A DNA stretch of 64,000 nucleotides, taken from assembly GCA_965247115.1 (NCBI GenBank), contig CBDFGR010000002.1, forward strand, positions 256,001-320,000. The letters are read 5' to 3'. Origin of the DNA: Myxococcota bacterium. Lineage in GTDB: Bacteria > Myxococcota_A > UBA9160 > SZUA-336. A program made the translations under genes and the position numbers. Positions 1-9,502 of the stretch are shown in pieces. Positions within the stretch are counted from its first letter, which is position 1, and each line of letters starts with the position of its first letter. The notes beneath the pieces are model-generated. The model was not told the origin of the DNA. It worked only from the letters and a program-made list of their open reading frames with translations, and searched no databases.

Positions 1-381
1 CGTATCTCCATTCCACGTGATCGTCGCGGCGTCCGTCAGCGTGACCTGATCGAAGCCCTTGTACCCCGTCATCTCGGTGACGACGCCGACACCGATGCCG
101 AGGCTCTGCCAGGCCGCGCCGTCGTAATATTGGAGCTGCTTGAGGTCGCTCCGGATGTAGAGGCGTCCGGCGAAGAGCTGGGCCCCGGGGAGTGCTGCCT
201 GCGCCGTGGCATTGCCTGTAGCGAACTTATGTAGGCCCGAAGTGCCAGTCGCGCCTCCAGTTCCGGGGAACGTGTGCTCGCGATTCAGCGCCTCCTCGAG
301 GTGCGCGTTGTTCGCGCGAATATTGTCATCAGAGACTTTTAATGAGTCGCTTCCCGCTGGCTTGTTCTTGTCCCAGGCCAT
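1..381 (-). CDS. Phage tail fibre/virion protein, N-terminal part (runs off window)
   Basis: Not in ORF track; ATG at 381 overlaps upstream stop (TGATG); reads MAWDKNKPAGSDSLKVSDDNIRANNAHLEEAL...GRLYIRSDLKQLQYYDGAAWQSLG, a fibre-like motif; open to base 1. Confidence 0.6.
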   Translation of the reverse strand, partial: MAWDKNKPAGSDSLKVSDDNIRANNAHLEEALNREHTFPGTGGATGTSGLHKFATGNATAQAALPGAQLFAGRLYIRSDLKQLQYYDGAAWQSLGIGVGVVTEMTGYKGFDQVTLTDAATITWNGDT

Positions 382-1055
382 CAGAAATCCGCTCGGTTGG
401 GCGCGGCCCGATGCGTCGCGCCCGACGTAGTCTGAAGATTGCGGAGCGTCGCTTCCCAGAGCGGAGTGAAGCGCTGCACGATCTCGTCGTCGCCCTCGAG
501 GAGCGCGGTGAACAGGGTAGCTCCGGCCACCACGGCATCCTCGAGATCGAGAGCGATTGCGCTCACGTCGTTGTCGTCTGTAGGCGCCGGAGGATAGATG
601 TTGCCGTAGAGCGTCAGCTTCCAGGGGCCCGCTGTGTCATCAAGGATCGGACGGAACTGCACCGTCTTGCCGCGCACGAGCACGCGGTCGGGCGTGCCCT
701 TCGAGAGATCCTCGAAACCGAGGCCGCGCCAGAAGTCGTCTGACGAGCTGTACCAGCGCGGGCGTACGTCCGTACCCGCGGCGTTCACGAGGATGAGTGG
801 CAAGTGCAGGCTGTGCGCGTCCGCGGGCCAGTCGTAGATGCCGGTGGCGTCCCCCGAGATCGGGTTGGCGGTGTCCGCGATGGTGAGTTTGTTCGAGCCC
901 TTGCGGAGGTGAGAGTTGACGAACTGCGGGATGCGCACTCGGAGGGTGCGAACTAGCTGCCTCCGGACGCGCACTCCGATCGTGCTCGTCGGCATCTCGC
1001 CCACGTACCCGAGGTTCTCGAGCCCCTCTCTGAGCAGGTCATTGACGCTCGGCAC
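381..1055 (-). CDS. Putative head-tail adaptor / tail tubular protein
   Basis: 224 aa, two genes after the capsid gene; size and position fit podovirus-type adaptors. Confidence 0.55.
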   Translation of the reverse strand: MPSVNDLLREGLENLGYVGEMPTSTIGVRVRRQLVRTLRVRIPQFVNSHLRKGSNKLTIADTANPISGDATGIYDWPADAHSLHLPLILVNAAGTDVRPRWYSSSDDFWRGLGFEDLSKGTPDRVLVRGKTVQFRPILDDTAGPWKLTLYGNIYPPAPTDDNDVSAIALDLEDAVVAGATLFTALLEGDDEIVQRFTPLWEATLRNLQTTSGATHRAAPNRADF

Positions 1056-1073
1056 GTCACCCCCGTCGAAATC

Positions 1074-1469
1074 CTACTGCGGCTCAGGACCTGGACGTGT
1101 CGCCATCACCATGACGTTGAACACGCCGTCGCCATCCGCCGCCAAGGAAACCTCGAGCTGCAGCAGCGTGTCGGCCGCAAGCGGCGCGTTCAGCGTCTGC
1201 GACTTGGTCATCGAAGTCAGACCCAAAGCGTCCGCGGCGCTGCTCACGTAGATCGTCGCACCGCCGATGATGCGGATGAGCGGGTTCACGGCCCCGGTAT
1301 CCGTGTCGGCCGTGGTAACGGCGATCCAGCAGTCGAGAATCACCGACCCCTTGGGAAGATCCCAGAGGTCGTCCTTCTCGAGGGCGACGTTGAGGCCCGT
1401 AACGCCCGGCTTCCAGAAGGTGGATACCAGGCCCGAGTGGACCGCCAAGCTCCGCATGCCTCTACTCAT
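1074..1469 (-). CDS. Putative capsid decoration/minor virion protein
   Basis: Small beta-rich ORF (WDLPKGSVILDCWIAVTTA) directly after MCP; start reassigned to ATG 1469 behind AAGGAAG. Confidence 0.55.
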   Translation of the reverse strand: MSRGMRSLAVHSGLVSTFWKPGVTGLNVALEKDDLWDLPKGSVILDCWIAVTTADTDTGAVNPLIRIIGGATIYVSSAADALGLTSMTKSQTLNAPLAADTLLQLEVSLAADGDGVFNVMVMATRPGPEPQ

Positions 1470-1494
1470 CTCATGCTTCCTTTCAAGAGACGGC

Positions 1495-2550
1495 CTACGC
1501 GGACGGCCCGTCCTTGGTGTCGATGCGGATCGTGGCGAAGTCCGCAGCTCCACCGCCGGTGTTGAACTGCGGCTTGCTCATCCCGACGACGATCCCGGCC
1601 GCGACGCCTTGCTCGTTGCCGTAGTCGTCGAGAGACTCCGCCCAGTTGAGGAATGTCCCCCCACCGAAGGCCTGGCGCCGGACGCGCGGTAGCGCGTTGC
1701 CGAAGGCCACAACCATCGACTGCGCACCCATGAGGAGCGCGTGCGAGCGATTCCCGGCGTCACCGATCGCGATCACCAGTCTCGGCAGGTAGTCGCTCGA
1801 GTGGATGATCACGTCGTTGTAGATGCCGAGCGCGCCGGTGAAGAGTGGATTTCGGCTCCCGCGAGGACTCGAGTCCCGGTGAAGTTGCTGCCACTCGGTA
1901 GTCCGCTTGAGCGCGGTCTCCTGGAACGGCGTGAGGTACATGACGTACATCTGCCGCCCCTCGACCATTGCAGGTCGGATCGTCGGCACGGCCGTCCGCG
2001 CCTTCTCCTTCGCGAAATCGATGTACTCGAGCGTGAACGTCGCCGTCGTCGCATCGATCTTGTGCTCCGCGTCCGGAGCGCGCAGCGCGTTACCTGCGAA
2101 AGGGAGGGCGGTCGAGAGAGTACCGTACGCGATTCCGCACGCATAGGCGAACAGGAACTCGTCCAGGATCACCGCCCAGCGGTTGCGCAGGTTGCGCCGC
2201 GCATCCTCGCGCAGGTCGTGGACCGTGCGCTGCTGCGACATGCCCTTGAACTCGTGCGCGAGCCGCTTCTGGTCGATCAGCAGGCTGTCCTGGTAGTACC
2301 GGAGAGCCTCGCCCTTCCCCTTCAGGCGCTCGTCGCCGTCGACGCCGTAGCCCTGAAACTGTACGAGCAGATCGAACTTGACCTGGTCGCCCGCCCCTCG
2401 CTGCAGCTCGTCGAGCCGCTGCACGATGGCGGTGTCCGTCGTTCCCATGAGCTGTCGAAACCGAGTCTGGAGGATCGCCTCGATGAAGGTGACCCGACTC
2501 CAGACCTTTACCGTCTGGGGATCGTTCGTCCCGAATTCGGTGAAGGCCAA
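1495..2550 (-). CDS. Major capsid protein, N4-gp56/DUF4043-like
   Basis: TEFGTNDPQTVKVWS, GAGDQVKFDL, SQQRTVHDLR, NPLFTGALGIYNDVIIH, DYGNEQG motifs; TTG start behind GGAGG. Confidence 0.88.
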   Translation of the reverse strand: MAFTEFGTNDPQTVKVWSRVTFIEAILQTRFRQLMGTTDTAIVQRLDELQRGAGDQVKFDLLVQFQGYGVDGDERLKGKGEALRYYQDSLLIDQKRLAHEFKGMSQQRTVHDLREDARRNLRNRWAVILDEFLFAYACGIAYGTLSTALPFAGNALRAPDAEHKIDATTATFTLEYIDFAKEKARTAVPTIRPAMVEGRQMYVMYLTPFQETALKRTTEWQQLHRDSSPRGSRNPLFTGALGIYNDVIIHSSDYLPRLVIAIGDAGNRSHALLMGAQSMVVAFGNALPRVRRQAFGGGTFLNWAESLDDYGNEQGVAAGIVVGMSKPQFNTGGGAADFATIRIDTKDGPSA

Positions 2551-2727
2551 AACCAACCCTCCTGGTGGAAGTCACTCGCCATGTCTGTCTGCGAGAGATG
2601 CACTCTGCATCTCCCAGTTCCAGATCGGCTCTGGCGAAGCCACTTCACGGATTGGTTAGGCCCGTGCGCCCACGTCCGGTTTAGGTTCCGGCAACCACGT
2701 CACGGCTTCTCGGCGCCGTGCAGCCTT

Positions 2728-4020
2728 CTAATTTGGAGGCGTGGACGACTCGAGCTCTCGAATCGCACCCTGCATCAGCCTCTCCACCTCTTCCGGGTTC
2801 TCCCGGACGAGCTGGTCTATGGTCTGATCGAACAGCTTGTTCATGTGCGAGTCCGGTTCGGGTCGAACGCCCCCACGGCGATTCATGGTAGGAGGCTTTT
2901 CTGGGAGAGGCAAGGCTGGGCTTGCCGTAGCTGCTGGCGGAGTCGCGCTCGGCGCCGGCGCCGCAGGTTCCGTCGGGCTTCCCGGGACCGCGGGTTCCGG
3001 AGTTGCGTCCGGAGCCAGTCCGGTTGCCTCCCCGGCCGGCCGCCCTCCCGGAAACCACTTGCGGCTGTACCCCCTTACGATGCGTTCGAGCACGCGACCA
3101 CCGTGCACCATGTCCATCAGGTCCTCGACCTCGACGTCGGGGTAGTGCTCGTTCATCTGCTCATCCAGCCGGTACGCCTGAATCACGCGCAGCGTGTCAT
3201 CCTCGGTGGTGAGCTGGTGACCAAACTTCGCCACGGCGCTGCGAACTCCGCTGGCAATGAACTGACGAGCGAGCTCCAAGCGATCGAGCGTGCGCGCGTT
3301 CGCGGGATCTCGCGTTGCGATCGCTGCTATCTCGCTCTGAAGCTGCGTTCGTGACTCCGCGGCGGGATCCGGTTCGGGCGTCTCTGGCTCGGGTGAGACG
3401 CTCTTGAGGAACTTCTCCGCGTGCTCCGTGGGGATATAGAACTCGCCGGTCTCCTCGTCCCGCTCCACTTGCAGGCGCTCCGGCTTCTTCGGCTCGGCCG
3501 TCGGTTGTGGCGGTGCGGCGGCTCCGCGCACCTGGTGCAGAAGCGCCTCCGCGGCTCGCCGGCGAGCTTCCGACTCGAGCACCACGGATCTCAGATTCTC
3601 GGCCTCGCTCGTGGCCTCGGAGCGCTGCTGGTTCGAGCGCGCGATCGCTCCGCGCTGGCCGACGTACTGGCTGTAGAGGCCCAGGATCTCCTCGCGCGCG
3701 GGCTGTTGTAGGTCGAGACGACCGACCCACTCCTTGAACTTCTCCGGGTCCGAGAGCGGCGAGTCCGCTGCGGGCGCTCCGACGACCGGCTCGACGGGTG
3801 CTTCCACGATCGGCATCGGAGGCTCTGCGGTCACAGTCGGCGCGGGCGTGACGGACGGCTCCGGAACCGCTGGTTTCTTGGTCGGCTCGGTCGCGGGATC
3901 GGGTTCTGGCTCCGGCGGTCTCAGAACCTCCAGGTCCTCGGCCGTGACTTCCATGCCCTCCATGCCTTCGATCTTCGGGAGTTCGGGCCCCGGAACGACC
4001 GTGGTCTCCTTGTCAGCCAT
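2728..4020 (-). CDS. Putative capsid scaffolding protein
   Basis: 430 aa acidic Pro/Glu-rich protein with coiled-coil segments between portal and MCP. Confidence 0.65.
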   Translation of the reverse strand: MADKETTVVPGPELPKIEGMEGMEVTAEDLEVLRPPEPEPDPATEPTKKPAVPEPSVTPAPTVTAEPPMPIVEAPVEPVVGAPAADSPLSDPEKFKEWVGRLDLQQPAREEILGLYSQYVGQRGAIARSNQQRSEATSEAENLRSVVLESEARRRAAEALLHQVRGAAAPPQPTAEPKKPERLQVERDEETGEFYIPTEHAEKFLKSVSPEPETPEPDPAAESRTQLQSEIAAIATRDPANARTLDRLELARQFIASGVRSAVAKFGHQLTTEDDTLRVIQAYRLDEQMNEHYPDVEVEDLMDMVHGGRVLERIVRGYSRKWFPGGRPAGEATGLAPDATPEPAVPGSPTEPAAPAPSATPPAATASPALPLPEKPPTMNRRGGVRPEPDSHMNKLFDQTIDQLVRENPEEVERLMQGAIRELESSTPPN

Positions 4021-4267
4021 GCCTACGTTCTCCTTCTGGCGCCGGGGCGATCTCGCCCACTACGCGCGGTCTGTTCTGCAGCTGCGTCGTTTCAACGCGC
4101 AGCGAGTTCACGTACTCCTTCAGGTCGCTCACGAGGTACCGGATGCACTGCCGCGATAGCCGGATGAACGGGGGGCCGTGCCGCTTGCGTCGCCACTCCC
4201 ACATTTGCCTCGTAGAGATGCCGAGAAATCGCGCAGCCTCTTCCGTGGTCCACAGCTCGTCTTCCAT
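4013..4267 (-). CDS. AlpA/excisionase-type HTH DNA-binding protein
   Basis: LWTTEEAARFLGISTRQMWEWRRKRHGPPFIRLSRQCIRY. Confidence 0.85.
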   Translation of the reverse strand: MEDELWTTEEAARFLGISTRQMWEWRRKRHGPPFIRLSRQCIRYLVSDLKEYVNSLRVETTQLQNRPRVVGEIAPAPEGERRHG

Positions 4268-4279
4268 GCCTTCGTCGTC

Positions 4280-6433
4280 CTAGATGCCGGGGCGTACGCC
4301 GCGGTCGGCTTCGGCCAGCATTCGCGCATCGAGCGCGATCTCTGGGTTCAACACGGGATCCTGCAGGCGCGTCTCTTCCTCCATGTCCGCGAAGCGGAGG
4401 AAGTCGCCAAGGGTCTCGAGCAGCACCTGCTTCTCGTCGTCGTCGGCCTTCTGGTACACCGCGAGCAGCCGCGCCAGGAAATCGCGCTCGCTCTTTAGGT
4501 CCTGGACGAGCTCGAGCTGGGTGTTGTGGCGCTCTCGCTCCTCGAGTTCGCCAGCCTTGAGCTGCGTCTCGAGCTTCTGGATCGCCATGTCGGAGGCCAG
4601 CTTCGCCGACAGCTGCTGCTGCGACTGGCTCGTCTGCTCGGCCTGCGCGCGATTCAGCGCCTCGATGTGAGCTACCAGTCTGTTCCGCTTGTCTTGCGCG
4701 ATCGGCAGCTGATCGACGAGCACGGTCGGATCGATCGGCACCTGGAACTGCACCATCTGCAGCATGATCTGGAGCTGCAGGAGCGAGATGGTCGTGTTCG
4801 CAGCCGTTAGATCCAGCTCGATGTCCCACTCCATGTCGGCCAGGCCCGAGATCCGCGCGGACTCCTGGGTCGTGAGGTCCGTGACGACGCCGTCCCGGAC
4901 GCGCCAGCGGTTTGGATTCCCGAGCATGGCCTCGATCTGATTGTCCGGCAGCACGTTCACGATGATGTCGATGACAGCCTCGAGCTGACGTTTCTGGTAA
5001 CTCTGGTAGTTCTGCAGGTTCTTCGTGATCGCCATGATCGATCGGCGGTAACGCAAAAGCGCGGTGGTCGCGGGCTCGTTCGCCGCACGATCGCCCAGCA
5101 TGGTGTCGATATTCACGCCCGAAATCCGGAAGAACATCTGAAGTGCGCGGTCTGCCATTTCAGCGGAAGCGCTGGGCATCGTTGGCACCTCCCGCTTCTG
5201 GATCTTGCCTGCAGCCAAAGCGCCAGTCTTGAGCTTCGTGATCGCTCCGGCGGTCCTCATCGTTGTCTCCGCGTCGTCGTCATCCACGAACGCGTCGGCC
5301 TCGGCGAAAACACCGGGCATCACCTGAGTGTTTAGCATGTGCAGCGTCTGCGAGTGACGCTTGTTGATCTCTTTCTGCGGGTCGACCAGGTCGCGGATCA
5401 ACCCGCGCGGCTCGCCGGTCAGATGATCGCGGTCGCAGACGTACGCCTTGATGGAGAAGCCGCGCATCGGTACGGGCTGCACGTCGTCGAAAAGAATTTT
5501 CGTGCCGATGAGCTCGAGCCAACGGATCTCTTCCTCCCATACCGCCGAGAACTCGATCGGCAGGCCTGCCTGGCGGAATATGCGGAAATTCCGTTCGCTG
5601 ATGCGTTCGGCCTTTCGAGTGTTCGGATTCAACGCATAGAAGCGTCGCACCGACTGGCGATATTCCACGTGGAGCACTCGAATCAGTCGACGTCGTCGGT
5701 CGAAGTAGAGCGTGTCTTCCGCAGCACCGGGTAGATCCAGCGGACTCGTCGGCTGCACGTGGAGCTCTTGGCTCGTCTCGGGGATCTCGCGATACCCGAT
5801 ACCCGAGTGCACCCGCTCGAGCTCGAAGATCTCGCGCACCTCGGCTGCGTGCTGGGGGAACTCTTGCGCGAACTCCCCTTCTCGTAGCCATCGGTTCCAG
5901 ATGATGAACTGTGCATCCCGGAGATCTCGACGCTGAGCGCCTGGATCGATGAGGATCTCGAAGGGGTGGACGGGGTCGATGGTGAAGTCCAGAAACATCG
6001 GATTGCCGGCGCGCGGGTTCACGTCGACGACCGTGTACCCGATGCCGCCGATGCAGCCCTTCTCGAAGGCCTCCGAGTCGGCGAAATCCGCGTCTGTTTG
6101 ACGACGGATTGCCTTCCAGAGCCGGTTGAAGATCATCGCGCGAAACTGATCTTCGGGCCCGACGGGCATGGCACGGGCTTCCCGCTTCGCATCCTCGTGC
6201 GCGCCGATCATCTCGCGGATCACGACCTGCTGCAGGTTGAACGTCAGAGCAGGGCGATTCTGATCTTTCAGCACCGCGAGATCTTCGGGATCCCACTGGT
6301 TCTCGCCGCCGGAGTGGAAACGAAAATCCCGCCGCATCGTGAGGAACCACTTGTTCCACACATCGAGGGTCTGCGTGAAGAGGTTCCGAGCCGCTACGAG
6401 CTTCTGCTCTTCTGTCAGGCCGTGAAAGAACAT
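4280..6433 (-). CDS. Portal protein (P22-like)
   Basis: 717 aa; GENQWDPEDLAVLKDQNRPALTFN and GLIRDLVDPQKEINKRHSQ motifs; long C-terminal coiled coil. Confidence 0.88.
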   Translation of the reverse strand: MFFHGLTEEQKLVAARNLFTQTLDVWNKWFLTMRRDFRFHSGGENQWDPEDLAVLKDQNRPALTFNLQQVVIREMIGAHEDAKREARAMPVGPEDQFRAMIFNRLWKAIRRQTDADFADSEAFEKGCIGGIGYTVVDVNPRAGNPMFLDFTIDPVHPFEILIDPGAQRRDLRDAQFIIWNRWLREGEFAQEFPQHAAEVREIFELERVHSGIGYREIPETSQELHVQPTSPLDLPGAAEDTLYFDRRRRLIRVLHVEYRQSVRRFYALNPNTRKAERISERNFRIFRQAGLPIEFSAVWEEEIRWLELIGTKILFDDVQPVPMRGFSIKAYVCDRDHLTGEPRGLIRDLVDPQKEINKRHSQTLHMLNTQVMPGVFAEADAFVDDDDAETTMRTAGAITKLKTGALAAGKIQKREVPTMPSASAEMADRALQMFFRISGVNIDTMLGDRAANEPATTALLRYRRSIMAITKNLQNYQSYQKRQLEAVIDIIVNVLPDNQIEAMLGNPNRWRVRDGVVTDLTTQESARISGLADMEWDIELDLTAANTTISLLQLQIMLQMVQFQVPIDPTVLVDQLPIAQDKRNRLVAHIEALNRAQAEQTSQSQQQLSAKLASDMAIQKLETQLKAGELEERERHNTQLELVQDLKSERDFLARLLAVYQKADDDEKQVLLETLGDFLRFADMEEETRLQDPVLNPEIALDARMLAEADRGVRPGI

Positions 6434-6447
6434 GCGCCCTCAGGCTC

Positions 6448-6975
6448 CTACTCCTGCTCCGATGGGACCCGCTGCTGTGGCGGGTCGGTATTCGGAGTGT
6501 CGCCGCCGAACTCTTGGGGACCAGGACGTTCCCGGCCTTCGCCCGTCGGTGGCACCTCGGGGGGATCGCCCACCTCCGGCAGACGATTGGCGGTCGGGTT
6601 CGAAGGATCCTCGGGGTTCGGAGCGGGCGGCGCGACCGCCTTCGATTCATCGGGGACGAGATCTTCGCGGATCCCGCTCGGCAGTTTGTTGAACGCGACG
6701 CGCTCGTAATGGGCTTGGAAGTCCTGGGCCCGTTCGACGAATCGGTGGCTGTCACGGAGATCCTGGCACAGGTAGTCTCCCGTACCTCCGCCCGTCACGT
6801 ATGCGGGACAGATCTGCCCCTTGGCATTGCGGTACTGCCGCTGCCGCACGGTGAAGCCGCCCTCGCCGTACACCTGCTGAGCGCGCACGTACTGCCTGAC
6901 CTTCTTCTTCGGGTCCGGATCCGCGAGCTCGCGGACGTAGAAGTTCGCGTTCTTTGCCTCTTCCATCTCGAGCAT
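6448..6975 (-). CDS. Hypothetical phage protein with GDYL...F...YE motif and Pro-rich tail
   Basis: ATG 6975 behind GGGAGAG; fills the TerL-portal gap. Confidence 0.65.
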   Translation of the reverse strand: MLEMEEAKNANFYVRELADPDPKKKVRQYVRAQQVYGEGGFTVRQRQYRNAKGQICPAYVTGGGTGDYLCQDLRDSHRFVERAQDFQAHYERVAFNKLPSGIREDLVPDESKAVAPPAPNPEDPSNPTANRLPEVGDPPEVPPTGEGRERPGPQEFGGDTPNTDPPQQRVPSEQE

Positions 6976-6989
6976 CGTTTCTCTCCCTG

Positions 6990-8579
6990 CTATGCGGACA
7001 TGAACGAACGCGGCCGTGATCGCGTGCGCCCTCTCATCCGCTGAACCTTGGTTTCGATCGACGCCTGCTCGGCCGCGATCACCGAGTAGTTGAACGAGTG
7101 GCGGAAATCGTCGTTCTTCACGCCCTTGCAGCGCCACTTCGCTGTCGGATCCCCGGTCCTCGGGTCCTCCTCGAGGATGCGCACCAGGTTCTTCATCTGC
7201 GGCATGATGAGATCGCGGAACTGCCGGTCTGGCCGTGGCAGCTCCACCAGCTTGGCCACGATGATCTTGTGCGAAGCGTCAAGGCTCTCGGTGCGATTCA
7301 CGTTCACCATCCGAGACTTCGGATCCCAGAGGTAGCTCTCCTTGCGGTGCGCGTCGTAGAGGCAGCCCCACCAGCCGGACTCGGTCTTCACGAAGTCGCG
7401 GACCGCGCGCGTCTCGGCGCCGGCGTCCATGACTCCGATCTCTACCTTGTAGCGCTGATTGAGGTCGTGGACGTCTTGGAAGCTCTCGGCGACATGAAAC
7501 GCATGGATGCGGCGGTGCGTTTCGCTCCGTCTCGAACCGACGGTGTAGTAGATGTACTTCTTGCCAACGTCGGCGCCGGCAAACGACGGACCCTCGTACG
7601 CGAGTCGGCGCGGGTTGGTTCCGCAGCACGCAAGGATCGCGGCGTCGTCGAGGCTCTGCTCGATGTCCGCGTAGGGCTGCCCGAGATTGGAGTTGTAGAA
7701 CTCGGACATCACGGTGCGCGGGTCCTTCCATCTCTCGTAGAGATCGTTCAGGTCGACCGTCGGGGAATTCAGCTGGGAGATGTAATAGCCGCGCCTCTTT
7801 CGCGAAGGATGGGCCGGCACCCACTCGCCGTCGATCGTGTAGACCTCGGCGCTGCAGTGTGTACAGATCTTGATGACCCCTCGATCTTCGGTCTCCAGGA
7901 GGCACCCGGGGAACTCGTCCTCAAGACAGGTCCAGCGAGCGCAGCTTCGGCACTTGATCTTCCACTGGCGCATGTCGGTGCGAAGGTACTCAAAGTGGAT
8001 CCCGTACTCCGGGAACGTCGGAGTCGAGAGCTTAAACTCGTGTGCGAGATCCGAGCCCGATAGCCGCTCGCGCGCGAGAGCCACCATCTCGGGAGTCATC
8101 TCATCGAACTCGTCGTAGACGACGCAGTCGACCGGGATCGACTTCAGCCCTGTCCGGGCCTTCGCCCCGCGGAAGTAGAGGAAACAGTTGCCGATCTGCT
8201 TCACGTTCGCCGAGTCCGTCCCGTGCACCGTGTCTCGGAGGGCCGGGTTGTCTTGGAGCATCCGGTCGAACCGGGTACGCGAGAAGTCCGTGACATCTTC
8301 CCGTGTAGGGAAGAGGTAGAGGATCCCCCGGTTGTAGAGCCGGTCAGCGCGATCGATTGTGCGAAGGACCTCGAGAGTCGTGAACCCCATCTGCGCGCCC
8401 TTCATGATCACGACCTGCTCGCTCTCGTCGTCATCGTAGAGCTCCCAGAGATAGGGGTAGGGCTTGAGATCGAAGTTGACGCCGTCCACCTTCAGCGGCG
8501 GGTTCGTCTTGGAGAGCCGATACGCCGTCGATTGCTGGAGGAGCGTCTCGTGCAGCTGCTGGTCGGTCATTGCCCTCAT
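6990..8579 (-). CDS. Terminase large subunit, lambda gpA-like
   Basis: Walker A variant KGAQMGFT, Walker B VVYDEFD, STPT motif, CxxC..CxxC, nuclease GADVG. Confidence 0.9.
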   Translation of the reverse strand: MRAMTDQQLHETLLQQSTAYRLSKTNPPLKVDGVNFDLKPYPYLWELYDDDESEQVVIMKGAQMGFTTLEVLRTIDRADRLYNRGILYLFPTREDVTDFSRTRFDRMLQDNPALRDTVHGTDSANVKQIGNCFLYFRGAKARTGLKSIPVDCVVYDEFDEMTPEMVALARERLSGSDLAHEFKLSTPTFPEYGIHFEYLRTDMRQWKIKCRSCARWTCLEDEFPGCLLETEDRGVIKICTHCSAEVYTIDGEWVPAHPSRKRRGYYISQLNSPTVDLNDLYERWKDPRTVMSEFYNSNLGQPYADIEQSLDDAAILACCGTNPRRLAYEGPSFAGADVGKKYIYYTVGSRRSETHRRIHAFHVAESFQDVHDLNQRYKVEIGVMDAGAETRAVRDFVKTESGWWGCLYDAHRKESYLWDPKSRMVNVNRTESLDASHKIIVAKLVELPRPDRQFRDLIMPQMKNLVRILEEDPRTGDPTAKWRCKGVKNDDFRHSFNYSVIAAEQASIETKVQRMRGRTRSRPRSFMSA

Positions 8580-8848
8580 GCGGCGCCGCTCACCATCACG
8601 TTGAACGCTGAGGCGCAGTCGAGCGCCTGGTCTAGGTGCGCCTCGGGGTCATCGAAGTCGCGGAAGGTCTCGACGCGGCACATGGCGGGGCGTCGTTCGT
8701 AGATCGCGCACTGGTTCTCCGGCGTCAGCTCGCGGCAGACTCCGTCGCCCCGATCGAACGGGAGGTGGTAGAGGGGCTTGCGACAGCACGCCCCGCAGCC
8801 GATGCACCTCCAGCGGCCATCGTCGTCCAAAAAGTCCTGAGGGCTCAC
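8576..8848 (-). CDS. YkgJ-family cysteine-cluster (CxxCxxCC) protein
   Basis: CIGCGACC...C...CAIYERRPAMCR; 4-bp overlap with TerL start. Confidence 0.85.
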   Translation of the reverse strand: MSPQDFLDDDGRWRCIGCGACCRKPLYHLPFDRGDGVCRELTPENQCAIYERRPAMCRVETFRDFDDPEAHLDQALDCASAFNVMVSGAA

Positions 8849-8890
8849 GGGCGTCAGTTCCGAACTTGACTCGGCCGCGGACAGTTGCAG

Positions 8891-9502
8891 TCACGGGTCG
8901 TGAGAACGAAACGATTCGTCTTCTTCTTCATACAGTCCTCGAGGCAGCCATGGCACGCCTGAAGCTTCACCCCGTAGCCGTAGCGAGACAGCTCTCGAAG
9001 ACAAGACAGCCACCGGAACCTGAACCTCCGGGTCAGGATCGCCGGATTGCTCGCACGCGATCGCTGCGTTCGCCCACATGACCTCTTCCCGCACGCACCG
9101 GATCGCAGTAGTGACGTCTGGGCCCGCAGGCGCATGGTCCCGGATGACGCTCGACATCGCGTACCCCGAGCTCCGGATCGCCTCGAAGCGCAGAGCGACG
9201 TTCGGATCCGGATGGTTCTGCGGAGAGTGGTACGTGAACCAGTTCTCCAGGTTCGAATCGGGAACACGGCGACCCCGAGGAGGAGTGCCGCGGGCCGCCG
9301 CCGGGCTGTTCGTGAGCTTCACGCCGCGCGGCAGCTCCACGACGTTGCCATCCGACGCAAGGCACAAGTAGAACTCGATGGTTTCGCGGAGGGCCTGCCC
9401 GCAGTTGTCGTCCGCGGTCGCGGGCGGCTTCCGCTTGATTTCGTCGTAAAGCGGCCGCAGCTGCTCGAGGAGCTCCTGCGGGCTCATTCTCCCATCAGAC
9501 AA
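8891..9502 (-). CDS. Protein with central Acb2/Tad1-like helical hairpin domain
   Basis: NWFTYHSP...RFEAIR...IRDHAPAGPDVTTAIRCVREEVMWANAAIA at residues ~84-151. Confidence 0.7.
   Translation of the reverse strand: MSDGRMSPQELLEQLRPLYDEIKRKPPATADDNCGQALRETIEFYLCLASDGNVVELPRGVKLTNSPAAARGTPPRGRRVPDSNLENWFTYHSPQNHPDPNVALRFEAIRSSGYAMSSVIRDHAPAGPDVTTAIRCVREEVMWANAAIACEQSGDPDPEVQVPVAVLSSRAVSLRLRGEASGVPWLPRGLYEEEDESFRSHDP

Noticed and set aside
1741..3354. 537-aa plus-strand ORF, and similar long antisense ORFs (36524-38143, 41466-43202, 55498-56907)
   Set aside because: Shadow ORFs opposite well-supported genes, expected in high-GC DNA
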